Positions 42,781 through 55,946 are shown, counted from the stretch's first letter. The stretch: 64,000 nucleotides of DNA from Eledone cirrhosa (GCA_964016885.1 OZ024747.1:76508001-76572000); one strand, 5' to 3'. Numbers and translations: made by a program. The notes: a model not told the origin generated them from the sequence alone.

Positions 42781-43200
42781 GTGGAGTCTGTGCTGCTGGA
42801 CGGGTCTGAGACTTGGACACTGACCAAGAAACTCACTCAGATGTTGGATGAATGCTACACGAGGGTACTGAGGATGGCTCTGAACATTAATCAGTATACA
42901 CTGAGGATGAAGAACTCAGAGCTCTACGGGAGCCTCCCAAAGTCAGCTCGAGAGTGGCACAGAGGAGACTGAGGTTAGCTGGACATGCTCACCGACATCC
43001 AGAGTTGACACTGCACTCAGTGCTCCTGTGGGAGCCCCTGCATGGACACACTGGAAGAGGAAGACCAAGGTTAACATATGTTGGTGTCCTAAGGACAGAC
43101 ACAGGTCTCTTGGAGACGCAGGGCATGGTGGCGATAATGAAGGACAGAGACTGCTGGAGAGAACTCGTCCATGGATCTCGGGAATTTTACCGCCCTAGAG
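42781..43200 (+). pseudogene. RTE/RTEX-type LINE C-terminal fragment, frameshifted
   Basis: SVLLDGSETWTLTK..LDECYTRVLRMAL / RRLRLAGH..VLLWEP..GRGRPRLTY..DRDCWR. Confidence 0.85.
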
Positions 43201-44045
43201 ATGCATATTTATTTGTTTGTACGAACAGAGTAAAAACTGATCATATTACTTCAGGTTTATTTACAAGTGGTGTGAGAAACTACACACCTGCACGTTGGAA
43301 TGTTTGGTGATCAGAGCTGGAAAGCTTTTCTAGAAAGTCTTATTAACACAGCTAGGTCTTATAAGTGCGTGCTGCTTCTGCAGTAGAATCCCGGACAAAT
43401 ACAAACGCCAAGGGATGAGGATATATGTACATACAGAGTGGATAAGTGAGTATCTGACTGATAAAATGACAAGTCAGTCAATCATATTGGTGGCCTCCCC
43501 ACAGCCCCGGCGGACAGAATAAAGAAAGCGTTTCCCCGGAGCATGGCAAGGGAGACGCGCTGGAAAAGCCACTCCCACTCCCGAGGCTCACACCTGCCGC
43601 TGGCCAGCTCAGCGCCTGTGATGGTATCAGTTTTGGACAAAGAAAAAGTAAAATACTTATAATTTTAAGACATGCTCCGAGAAATTTGATCTGTATATAG
43701 AAGAGTAAAGAAATAGAAAAGGTTTCTACATTTATTTCTGAAAGTGAGCTTATACGTGTTCCATCAGCAACAAAGAGCTACCAAATCACAACTTAACAAA
43801 AAAAAGACTTGTAGGGAAATAAAGCCATATATATTCACAAACGCGACGTGACCATCGCTAGAAAGTCTTTCATCATAAGCCTGCAGAAGGGTCAGTAGCA
43901 ACAACTACATTATCACCAGTAACAACAGAAACGGCACATTTATTGATTCATAAATTACATAGAAGGACAGTGAGAGAGAAATCAGCTGATTCATTGTTGA
44001 CGAAATTCCAACAAGAGACTAGTACATGGACGGTACCTATATAAA

Positions 44046-44130
<85 letters not shown>

Positions 44131-45173
44131 CTATCTCTCTCTCTCTCTCTTTATATACATATATGTGTGTGTGTCTATTTATTTAAACATATATGTGTGT
44201 GTGTGTATTTATTTAAACATATATGTGTATATGTAGGAGTAAAACACACACACGTGTATAAATATATATATATGTTTATACATACAAACATGCATACATA
44301 CATACGTACGTACATACGTGCATACGTACATACATACATATATACATACATACGTACATACGTACTTACAAATATATCTAAGCCATTTCCTCTATGAACA
44401 CGAAAAGACTTTTTTCCCAAATTAGCAAAAGTAGAGGTTTCTTGTCATCTGAAATCATACATTTCACTTGTGAATTCCTATAAACGGTAATCTCATTGTA
44501 CATGTCACCTGAAAATATTGCATTGTTGTTGTTTAGCCCTAGGTTATTCCTGATAGAAGACAAATGATGAACAATGTTCCAAATTAGACAATACATAATA
44601 TGTACTTAAATTGTAACGCATATATAAATAGATGTGTTTTGGTATTTTGAGGAGAATAATATAATAATTGGGGTGGACATGCCCCCCCCCCCCTGTCCCC
44701 CGCCCCTGATAAGTGTTAGTTTTACAGAAATATATGTAAGTTTAAGGTGATGTAATGTACGATAGTATCCTATTAAAAGATTTGTAATTTTGTAGGGTGA
44801 ACATTAAAATTTTTACATACTTACTTTTGCAATTCTATGACAAGAAATGACTGATGTCACAAATTTACTGTTTATAAAACAGATCTTAGAGAAACGGCGA
44901 AATTTAAGTTGACGATGGGTTGACTGAGGTTGACCTTCATGAATATACGGCGGTTGATATTGGTTTCTGATACGGGCCACAATCTGCGGGAGGGGGAATT
45001 TCTTACCTGCATACACACAAAAAAATAAATACATGCTCACACATGCACGTATACAGACATGCGGACATGTAGACATGTTTATCTAGTTGATGTTGTCTAA
45101 ATTCCAATGAAAGAGACTTGTGTCTCTGTTAGAAACCAGCTCTCACTCTCTCTCTCCATTGGTAAAACTTTAT

Positions 45174-45340
45174 GAAATAATTGTTTCTACTTTTGGCACA
45201 AGGCCAGCAATTATCTCAGTGTATTACTGGTACTTTATTTTATCGACCCCGTAAGGATGAAAGGTAAAGTTAACCTCGGCGTAACTCTATGCGTCAAAGC
45301 ATGGCGTCCGACCCTCTACCGATACTGCCAATTCACCGCC
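45174..45340 (-). mobile_element. Major SINE (B box deleted) nested in an R4/Dong-like 3' UTR
   Basis: Interrupts sequence that is contiguous at 47350-47460. Confidence 0.8.
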
Positions 45341-45921
45341 CTACCAGAAACGGGATTATAAAATAATGAAACCAGAAGAACATAGATACGTACATACATG
45401 CATACATACATACATGCACGCATACATCCATCCATCCGTAGATACATACATACATACATGCATACATACATACATGCATACACACATACATCCATGCATA
45501 CATATATACATACATACATACATACATGCATACATACATACATACATACATACATACATACATACATACATTGGATTTGCGGACAAAGAGCGCAGCTCCC
45601 TAATTCATAGTCTACAAATGGCTGCGATAGCTGGCACCTTCAAATTTTGCAAAACATTCTTGCGATTCAATGGATGACAATTTCTTTTCTTTTACAACCT
45701 TGCCACCAGGAAGGTGGCCGGTCAAAAAAATATACTCGAAATTAAGAGAAAGAGATAACATACATACATACATACATACATACATACATACATACATACA
45801 TACATACATACATACATACAAACATACATACATACATGCATACATACATACATACATACATACATACATACATACATACATACATACATGCATACATGCA
45901 TATATACATACATACATGCAT

Positions 45922-46525
45922 GATGGCTGCCAACTCGTTTTCGAGTACGGCCACTACTTTATATCCATGTTGGAGAACTACCGATGCGCTGAAAGAGTGT
46001 GATTTTTAGTCCAGCCAGCGACTTGAAAACTCTGGTACAAACACTACACTTGTGACAATTATTGACACATAGTGCTGGGCCCATGGTACCATGTGGCGAT
46101 AAGTGCAGAGAGATCTCCAGATATAAAGCAATGCCTGTGCCGTGAAGCTTTTATAGTGAGCAAAGGCACTGCACAAAGCCAGTCCCACTCTCTTAACCAA
46201 GATGATATTTACCAAAAAGAAGAACAAGTCAACATCATTGGATACCATCAGGGTTGCAGGTGTTATATCAGAGTTTTCCTTCTCCTAGAATTCTGCCTTG
46301 ACAAAGGCTAAGGGGTCATCTCTCCCGGTGATTTTGCATGGCCATTGACTCTTAAGAGCTCCTTTGCCCTTTTACAGGTTTTGTTTTTAGTCCTGCAGGA
46401 TGTCCAAAGTCACCCTCCTCACCAAGAAACCTTGGTGGGGTTGCCAGTTTAGTCGCCAACGACCCGACCATGAGACAGATTGTACTGGGATACATGTTAC
46501 CAGTAGCACCAACTGGTGACCTGAC
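45922..46525 (-). mobile_element. Non-autonomous RTE-derived element (about 600 bp) in (CATA)n
   Basis: Three copies (23246-23668, 45922-46525, 54493-54992). The 3' part encodes a HKCSVCTRVFKSLAGLKSH C2H2-finger remnant typical of RTE ORF ends; no RT. Confidence 0.7.
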
Positions 46526-46698
46526 ATACAAACATACATACATACATACAAAGATATATACATACATACATACAAACATATATACATACATACATACAAA
46601 CATATATACATACATATATACATACATACATACATACATACATACATACATACATACATACATACATACATACATACATACATACATACATACATACA

Positions 46699-46732
<34 letters not shown>

Positions 46733-46957
46733 CATACATACGTCTTGTACAATGGCTTGGATGTTTTCTAAATGATGTCCTTCTCCTTCAAACTCGCCCT
46801 CCCTCCGTCTTCATTATAATCCTACATGCTGACAGTTACACATACATACATGCATACATACATACATGCATACATACATACATGCATACATACATACATA
46901 AATACACACACATAGACACATACATACATAAATGCATACATACGTACATACATATAT

Positions 46958-47460
46958 TATTCATGCAGAAGAATATTTATGCAGGAGAATATTTATGCAG
47001 AACTGATGAGAAATCTGCAGATACTCCACCCTGATTACACCTTCAGATTTAGGCCTGTGATTATTGGGGCACTGGGGTATGTTAGTAACTGTCTCAATAC
47101 AAATATTGAGAAGCTGGGCTTCACAGGAACAGAAAGAACACAACTAGTTAGGAAATTACAAGTATAATCCATTAATGGAACAGTAAAAATATGTAAAACA
47201 TTCCAAAACTTTTACATCTAATAACTGCATATACACATGTACAGATACAAAGCATATACACATGCACACATACAACTCAAAACATACCCATCCACACATA
47301 CAATAACATCCATATCTACACATGCATGCATGCAGACATACATACATATCTACCTAGTTGATGTTGTGTAAATTCCAATGAGAGAGTCTTGTGTCTATGT
47401 TAGAAACCGACTCTCTCTCTATTGGTAGAAATTTGTGAAATTATAAAACCAGACGAACAT
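46958..47460 (+). mobile_element. R4/Dong-like (RLE) non-LTR element 3' end in (CATA)n
   Basis: YAELMRNLQ..FRPVIIGALG..LQV*SINGTVKICKTF; 3' UTR shared with 45080-45385; related coding end LQMAAIAGTFKFCKTF at about 45610-45665. Confidence 0.65.
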
Positions 47461-47914
47461 ACATACATGCATATATACATGCATATATACATACATACAT
47501 TCATACCTACATACATAGACACATAGACACATACATGCATGCACGCATACATACATATGCATACATACATAGACACATAGACACACACATGCATACATGC
47601 ATACATGCATACATACATACATACATGCATACATACATACATACACACCTACATACATACATACATACATAGACACATACATACATACATACATACATAC
47701 ATACATACATACATACATACATACATACATACATACATACAGAGTGACTTTCTAAACACACGCCCTATCTAATTCTAGCCATACCTTACCTGTAGCTACT
47801 TAGCAAAGCACCATTCAACTACTGCGGGCGGTGACATATCTTAATACTATCGCCATCTTGTTTGGCAAATAATTTGACAGCGAAATCTTAGAAAATCGAG
47901 TGACAGTCGTTAGT

Positions 47915-48395
47915 GAGAGAGGAAGAGAGGGGTTAGATATAGATGTGGGAGAGAGGGGGGGAGATATAGGGGGGATGGAGAAGGAGGGTATAGAGGGGGA
48001 TCGGGGAGATATAGAGAGGAATAGAGAGGGAGAGTATAGAAGGGTGGAGAGAGGGGGAGATATAGAGGTGGAGAAGGGGTGGATATAGAGGTGGAGAGAG
48101 GGGGAAGATATAGAGGGCGAGAGGCAGGGAATATATAGAGGGGGAGAGAGGGGGAAGATATAGAGGGAGGAGAGAGAGGAAGATACAGAGGAGGAGTGAC
48201 AGGGAATATATAGAGGGGGAGAGAGGAGGAAGATATAGAGGGGGAGATGGGGTAGAAAATAGATGTGAGAGAGAGGGAGATAGAGAGGGAAGATATGGAA
48301 GGGGAGAGAGGTGGAAGATATAGATGTGAGAGAGAGGGGGAAGATATAGAGGAGGAGAGGGGGAAGATGTAGAGGTGGAGAGAAAAAGAGATACA
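47915..48395. repeat. Purine-rich degenerate minisatellite (unit about gagaggggaagatatagagg)
   Basis: Recurrent gatatagag spaced by G/A runs. Confidence 0.85.
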
Positions 48396-48521
48396 GACAA
48401 AGTTGATAAATCCTCAATAACCATTATCTTGTTCATTTAAAACTTTGTTCATGTGGAGGTGTTTATATATCTGTGTATATGTTTATATATTCATGCATAT
48501 GTTTATATATAAATATATATA

Positions 48522-48973
48522 TAAATATAAGTATGTATACGTACATACATATATGTATACAGACGTACAGTAGTATGTATATATATATATACATACATGC
48601 ACACATATATATATGTACGTATGGATTCACCGAACATTTATTATAATGCTCGGTGTGTTTGTAAACAAACATCCCGTATTAAGCCGTAGTGTCCAGCAAC
48701 CATCGTTGCTCATTTGTTCAACACTGACAAAGGAACGCTGTACTAGTTTCAAGCTTATTAGCTATCGTCAGCAACGTATACTTTCCTGCCAGATGGTTTT
48801 ATGGCTGTACGGCTTAATTAGGGATGTTTGTTTACAAACACACCGAGCATTATTATAAATGTTCAGTGAATCCATACGTACATATATATATATGTGTGCA
48901 TGTATGTATATATATATACATACTACTGTACGACTGTATACATATATGTATGTACGAATACATATTTATATTT
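48522..48973 (-). mobile_element. Foldback mini-element with HHR in the spacer
   Basis: Arms about 48522-48688 / 48808-48973; spacer holds HHR 48735-48777; non-foldback copy at 21851-22110. Confidence 0.8.
48735..48777 (-). ncRNA. Minimal type I hammerhead ribozyme (same family as 21868)
   Basis: acgttg-CTGACGA-tagct aata agctt-GAAA-ctag-TA-cagcgt on the minus strand. Confidence 0.87.
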
Positions 48974-49027
48974 CAGTAACAGCCGTACTAAGAGTGAGAA
49001 ATGAAATTTCGTTTCATTTTTTCCGTT

Positions 49028-49106
<79 letters not shown>

Positions 49107-49146
49107 TTATATATATATATATATACATATGTATATGTATATATAA

Positions 49147-49242
<96 letters not shown>

Positions 49243-49266
49243 TTATTTATTAAAATAACAGATTAA

Positions 49267-49317
49267 AGTTTAAGCAAAGAATCGCTGCTTTCACCCTTAA
49301 CGGGATCTTCTGAAACT
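49267..49317 (-). ncRNA. Hammerhead-like fold with U4A core (CAGAAGA), PLE family B
   Basis: agttt-CAGAAGA-tccc gttaa gggt-GAAA-gcag cgattct ttgc-TT-aaact; located at the 3' end of the PLE on its sense strand. Confidence 0.72.
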
Positions 49318-50243
49318 AACAAAGTCAATCTGTAAACGCAGAACTGGATATTTCAAAAAACATTGCAACCGGAGGAAGACAGGAAGACGATACTTTGGTT
49401 CGTGGTAACGTTCGCTGGCAAAGAACGGGAAAAAACGAATAATACGTCATTAATAGGAGCGGTGAAAAACAATTACGCGCAGACAAAACCACGTTTATGG
49501 TATAAAAGAGGTCGTAGACTAATGTTCTCTTAGGTGGTGCATAGAGACGTTCTCTGGCAATGAACGAAAAAACGAAGATAATAAGTCATATGTGGAGCGT
49601 GGAGAACAATAGCACGCAAAGACAAAACCACGTAAATGGTATAGCAGAAATCGTAGACTAAAATTCTAACTAGGAGACCAAATGAATCTCCGCTACAGAG
49701 TTAAGAACAAAGTAAATAAATACAATACAGAAGTAATAGAAACAAATAAATACATACACGCAAACAGATACGTACATACACAAGCATACACAAAACCTTA
49801 CCATGGGTATACAAAACCACGCACATATAAATATGTGTGTGTGTGTATGCTTGTGTACAAATAAATAAATAATTATATAAAATTATATAAGTAAATAAAT
49901 ACGTATATAACAAGCGCACACGCATACCTACATATAAATACACGAATGTTCGGAGACGTAAGTCAACTAAAACAAGAAGTACACATATACACACACCCAC
50001 CATACGTACGAACCTGCACACTCACGCGGACGCAAAACTCCCGTATACACATAGCCAAACCCTAAATACCAAAATATGTAAAAATTATACGCTATAACAG
50101 TCAAATATACGTACGAGAAGGTATACATACCTTCACAAAACATACGGGTAATATATACTTACCTATGCAAATAAGTAAAGGAATAAACAAAACATATACT
50201 TAGCTCCCACATCAAGACGTAAAATATCCACGTATAGATCGTG

Positions 50244-51836
50244 CTATCCGTTAGGGTATAACGTGGGGCTGTAATACAGGAAAGTTTTGTGCAATTTATG
50301 TTTACAAGCCGAAATTGCCTCAGATTTTTTGTTTAAGATGTGGTCTGTAGCGTAGAGTATTTCCAGGGCCTCAGCGGCGCAGAGGTCACATGGTCTTTTA
50401 TTTCCGTTATACGATCTAGCCCTAGCTAGGATCTCCCAGTGTAACTTATATTGGGTGTGGTTGTCTTTTAGACTCCAGATATAAGCTGAAAGTGACGTCA
50501 TATTCCTTCTTAGAGGGTAACGAAAAGAATGGGTATGCATGTAAAGACGCTGCTTGAAACTATTGGCGGTTAACCCTATGTAGGCCCTACGGGACGTGGG
50601 TGTTACAACCTTACATTTGTAGACAATGTTACTAGAGAGGCATTTCCCGGATAGGGGGCAATCAGCCCGATTCCTACAATTACAGTTAGTACTAACTACA
50701 GGGTTGCACGTGTTCCTACGGCTAGGTAGTTTTGCTAAATTTGAAGCTGTGATGTTATGTGCAAGGTTAGGAGTCGTAGAGTAAGAAATGTTAATAGTAT
50801 TTCTATTAAAAATGTTACTATATTTATGTGTAGGGGGAAAATGCTTCGTAATAAGGGAAAGAAAGATCTTAGCTAATGGTGTGGCCACCTCCATATTATA
50901 TGGTGGGTTAAAGCAACAAATGCGACGGGATCTATTTCTTCTAGGTCTATTTTCGTACTCTGTATATGTTACCTTATCGACAAATCCACTTCGAGCAAGA
51001 GCTTCATTGTAATAAGTGGAATGGTCGTTGAAAATGCGCTCGTTGGTGGAAAGACGGGAAAGCCTCAACGAAACGTTTCTTACCAGGTTCTTGGTTATGC
51101 TGGCAGGATGGTTGGAATGCTTACTTATGTAATTAAGCGTATCATTCGGCTTTCTATACGGGTAATACAACCCATTCAATAAATTGAGGGTAACGTCGAG
51201 GTAATTAACGACCGAGAGATTGGCCTCAACCTGTATAGAGAGGTTGAAGCCTTTAAAGAAGCCTGTGAGTTCTTTTCTGAACCTGTCGCAAGCACGAGGT
51301 CCGCACTTAGTCATGGTCAAAAGACCATCGTCACGGTACAAACCACCGCCCGCGTTGGGGAATTCGTCCTTGATAGAGAAAAGAAGGAAAAGGCCAATAA
51401 GATCAGTAACCTCCGCAGAGTCACTGGCGCCCATACTCACGTCGAATGGGGTACTATTGGATTTTTTTATCCAAATAGAGTCGTCGAAATTAATCACCGA
51501 CTTTCGGGCATTAAGGATGACATCAACTTCAAAATCCTTAACCACTGTGAGTGTTTTAGCGAAATTGATAGCTCTAAGGAGAAGTGGTGAAGTGATGGAG
51601 GAGTAGTAATTGTTGATGTCGAATTGGATAAAACGGCAATGTTCCTTGTTACATATGCCGTTGAACCAATCAATCACCGCGAAAGAATTATTCCATAGTG
51701 CGAGAGGGGCCAAACTTCTAATTTCAGGTATAATTCTATCAAGAATCGTTTTACTAAGTCTACCTAAATCGGACTTCGTAGGGTTAATAAGCCGAATAGA
51801 GGGGTTGTTCGGAAAATTGGATTTGTGATCCTTCAG
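50244..51836 (-). CDS. Second Penelope-like RT + GIY-YIG ORF, 5'-truncated (Naiad-like)
   Basis: The frame extends upstream of the track start to LKDHKSNFPNNPSIRLINPTKSDLG. Motifs FIQFDINNYY, FDVSMGASDSAEVTDLIG, LYRDDGL, CNCRNRADCPLSGKC, NIVYKC..RAYIGLT, CDLC. Clearly paralogous to the 25699 ORF. Confidence 0.93.
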   Translation of the reverse strand: MKDHKSNFPNNPSIRLINPTKSDLGRLSKTILDRIIPEIRSLAPLALWNNSFAVIDWFNGICNKEHCRFIQFDINNYYSSITSPLLLRAINFAKTLTVVKDFEVDVILNARKSVINFDDSIWIKKSNSTPFDVSMGASDSAEVTDLIGLFLLFSIKDEFPNAGGGLYRDDGLLTMTKCGPRACDRFRKELTGFFKGFNLSIQVEANLSVVNYLDVTLNLLNGLYYPYRKPNDTLNYISKHSNHPASITKNLVRNVSLRLSRLSTNERIFNDHSTYYNEALARSGFVDKVTYTEYENRPRRNRSRRICCFNPPYNMEVATPLAKIFLSLITKHFPPTHKYSNIFNRNTINISYSTTPNLAHNITASNLAKLPSRRNTCNPVVSTNCNCRNRADCPLSGKCLSSNIVYKCKVVTPTSRRAYIGLTANSFKQRLYMHTHSFRYPLRRNMTSLSAYIWSLKDNHTQYKLHWEILARARSYNGNKRPCDLCAAEALEILYATDHILNKKSEAISACKHKLHKTFLYYSPTLYPNG

Positions 51837-52388
51837 GCTTATTAACCCTACGAAGTCCGATATCCGGATAAGTTTGGATATATATAGTGTATAAATAATT
51901 GTTAGTATATTTCTTATTAATTGAGGACTCGAAATTAAGCCCTCATATAATTACACCCAGATATATTTAATATTTAGATAGATGGATACTTCTAGATAAT
52001 TCAAAGATTCGAGTTTACTCTTTCACATAGCTATGCCCAAATGTATATTCATGTATTTATCTATGCTTTATACTATAAACATTATTCTACTTTGTCTCTC
52101 TATCCTTGATCAATTCCCTTTTTCTTTCTATACTTCTAGTAACTATATGTTTTCCTCATCTGTTTCTCTCTGTCTTTCTTCTTTCTTTCTTCTTTCTTCA
52201 ATAATTTAAATTATTTGAATCTCTAACAGTTATGTAAATTGCTATTATGTATTTTTAAGCTTTCTCACACGCACCCTCTGTATTATATGTAAGTTTTTTC
52301 ATGTCTCAATCTTAAGGTCATATCATATTCACTACCATGACTGAATCTTAACCATCTACTATGTCAGGGTATGTCATGCATCATCTTA

Positions 52389-52451
52389 TTTTATCTGATG
52401 AGGACGTACTGTTGAAGATAACTCAGTACCTCTGAAATATGTATAATAAAA
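52389..52451 (+). ncRNA. Type I hammerhead ribozyme
   Basis: ttttat-CTGATGA-ggacgtactg..cagtacctct-GAAA-t atgt a-TA-ataaaa. Confidence 0.7.
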
Positions 52452-54492
52452 TATACTTGATCACACGAATGTCTATTTTTGTTAATATGTTGAATTAATA
52501 TATATATATATACAAACATGTTTACATACAAAAACACGTACATCACACATACATATATACGTATATCGAGTGGGCATAACTACATTTAATGCATACATAT
52601 ATGCATCCTTGTGCGCTGGTTTTTACTGTTTCAATATATTTCAAACGAGTGGTTCAATCCAGTTTGTATTTTTGGTCATCTATTTGTTTCAATACTTTTT
52701 AATATTACAAGAAATTTTGGAAGTTTGAATTTTCTTTTGCAGGGAGGGGGGGGGGGGCTTTTTCTCTTTACATTTTACCCTGGAGCAAATTTAGAATATT
52801 CTTCGTATTATTTTACCATTAATATTTATTTTATTCTCATTCTATTTGTTGTGTCGTCTGCTTTTACACGGTGTTTCTTACATCCAGCCAATGATATCGT
52901 TACTTTCCTAATTGTATTATTAAAAATTCATCAGATATGAATAAATGAATTGTTCAGTAATATAGAGGATTCCATTTAGTAGAAATTGAATGTCTTTGAT
53001 ACTAATGCATAATATATACATTGTATTCACATTCGAAATATATTTTAGGTCATGTAAATAGTTAGCAAGGTAAGCGTGTTTAATTAGTATTTAACATTTA
53101 AAATTTTTAATTTTTTTCGTAATGTAGAATTTTATTACAATAATAATTTTATTTTCTATTATATTGGTATTAGTTTTGTTTATTATAGTCTTCCAGGAGT
53201 TGCGAGTGGTAGATAGTACCAACAATCGGAAAGATAAATGGAAGCATTGTTTCGTTGGTCTATTCCCACGAGTTCCACCACCCACGGTAAGTAAATGGGG
53301 GTTTGGGATCTTGTCGATTCGCGTAAATAGGTGAAACACCACAGTAACAAGACTCACTATTTAGCCTTAGTATAATGAATATTAAAACGCTACTTCGGTA
53401 TTGAGAACTTTTATTTCTCAGCCGACGACCACATATGGATATATATATATATATATATATATAACCCGATTAGTTTTTTCGTTGTTACTGTGGCTAGGTC
53501 TGCCGCAATGTTCAATTTGTCAAGCTGTCTAAATGTATGTTATTACTCTAAGGGCCTACCTTATTGAGTGCTTTGCTGGTCATTCCTAATTGTGGGTCGT
53601 TAGCTTGGCCACAGACAGAGCTTCCATTTTACTAACCTTCCACTTATATATATATTGGATAAAACTACTGATGTTTTAGTATTTATTCATATATCGTGAG
53701 TTACATGCAATGAAACAATTGTATTTATGTGACTCTTGGTTGATTTAACAATAGTTCTTTTATATTATTCAATAATATACTATAAAGATATCTTTTCACC
53801 GATAGATTGTGGTTAATATATCTATTTTTCTTCTTTCTACTATACCTGAATACAACGATAACATTCACTAACATCCTGCAGACACATCCAGAGCATCGAA
53901 AAAAATACCATTTTGCTGTTTCACATTTTAGCGGTTTTCTTTATATGTCCGTTTATCTATTATAACTATTATATAACACGTCATCTCACTGTGTGATATC
54001 GCACGACCTTTTCTGATTTTAACATCGATGCCAAGAATTCTGACAGTTATAGAGACCTCTTAATTCGCGCAGTTCTGCGAAAAAAGCAAACAAAATCTTT
54101 GCTATGAAACCAAATCGATAGTGTTGTCAAAATTATTCGATATTTCAATCCTAAATAATGTTTATTGATTCGGTTATGTTGTAAATATTTGCAATCGTGT
54201 ATCTTAGCACAAGATATAACAAATATAAAAAACAAATATGGGAATAAATAATAAATTGAGCAAATATTTGCCTTCTCCTCTAGGATCATAGAAAACATTG
54301 TTTTCTTTCTAGTACTTCTTAAATTCGAAGGTAGCTATCGAGAGTTTCTTCACTCACAGTTCTTTGTAGAGGTTTAGTTTATTTATGAAATGTAATTGAG
54401 AACTTGGGTTTTGGTTCATAAACAGCCACGCAAATACATACATACATACATACATACATACATACATACATACATACATACATACATACTTT

Positions 54493-54992
54493 GTGGCTGC
54501 CAACTCGTTTTCGAGTACGGCCACTACTTTATATCCATGTAGGAGAACCCCTACCGATGCGTTCAACGAGTGTGACTTCATAGTCCAGCCAGCGACTTGA
54601 AAACTCTGGTACAAACACTACACCTGTGACAATTATTGACACATAGTGCTGGGCCCATGGTACCATGTGACTCATGGTCGGGTCGTTGGCGACTAAACTG
54701 GCAACCCCACCAAGGTTTCTTGGTGAGGAGGGTGACTTTGGACATCCTGCAGGAATAAAAACAAAGGGCAAAGGAGCTCTTAAGAGTCAATGGCCATCCA
54801 AAATCACCTGGAAAAATGACCCCTTAGCCTTTGTCAAGGCAGAATTCTAGGAGAAGGAAAACTCTGATATAACACCTGCAACCCTGATGGTATCCAATGA
54901 TGTTGACTTGTTCTTCTTTTTGGTAAATATCATCTTGGTTAAGAGAGTGGGACTGGCTTTGTGCAGTGCCTTTGCTCACTATAAAAGCTTCA
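54493..54992. mobile_element. Internally inverted copy of the RTE-derived element
   Basis: 54493-54668 is the 3' part on minus; 54670-54992 is the 5' part on plus. Confidence 0.8.
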
Positions 54993-55074
54993 CATACATA
55001 CATACATACGTACATACATATGTGTGTGTGTGTGTGTGTGTCTATGTATACATGCATGCTTGTATGTGTGTAAA

Positions 55075-55248
55075 TATATATATATATATGTTCGTATGCA
55101 TGTATGTATATGTGTGTAAATATATATATATGTATATATATATATATATGTGTGTGTGTATATATATGTATGTATATATATATATATATATGTATATATA
55201 TGTATATATATATATGTATATATATGTATATATATATATATATGTATA

Positions 55249-55315
<67 letters not shown>

Positions 55316-55382
55316 GTATATATATATATATATGTATATATATATGTATATATATATGTATATATATATATATATGTATATA

Positions 55383-55446
<64 letters not shown>

Positions 55447-55448
55447 TG

Positions 55449-55490
<42 letters not shown>

Positions 55491-55508
55491 TGTGTGTATA
55501 TATATATA

Positions 55509-55549
<41 letters not shown>

Positions 55550-55566
55550 GTATATATATATATATA

Positions 55567-55607
<41 letters not shown>

Positions 55608-55632
55608 GTATATATATATATATATATATGTG

Positions 55633-55716
<84 letters not shown>

Positions 55717-55722
55717 TATGTG

Positions 55723-55821
<99 letters not shown>

Positions 55822-55846
55822 ATATATATATATATGTGTGTGTATA

Positions 55847-55913
<67 letters not shown>

Positions 55914-55914
55914 G

Positions 55915-55945
<31 letters not shown>

Positions 55946-55946
55946 G

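Larger units (their letters stand above)
45390..47740. repeat. (CATA)n field hosting nested non-LTR insertions
   Basis: Multiple CATA tracts separated by element fragments. Confidence 0.9.
49249..51861 (-). mobile_element. PLE (family B): ORF plus about 1 kb 3' UTR ending just after a hammerhead
   Basis: 3' UTR 49249-50155 recurs at 9420-10270 (-) and partly at 22380-22688 (+). HHR at 49267-49317. Ends in AT-rich microsatellite. Confidence 0.8.

Noticed and set aside
47915-48395. CRISPR-like or coding repeat
   Set aside because: Degenerate purine minisatellite without unique spacers; eukaryotic context.
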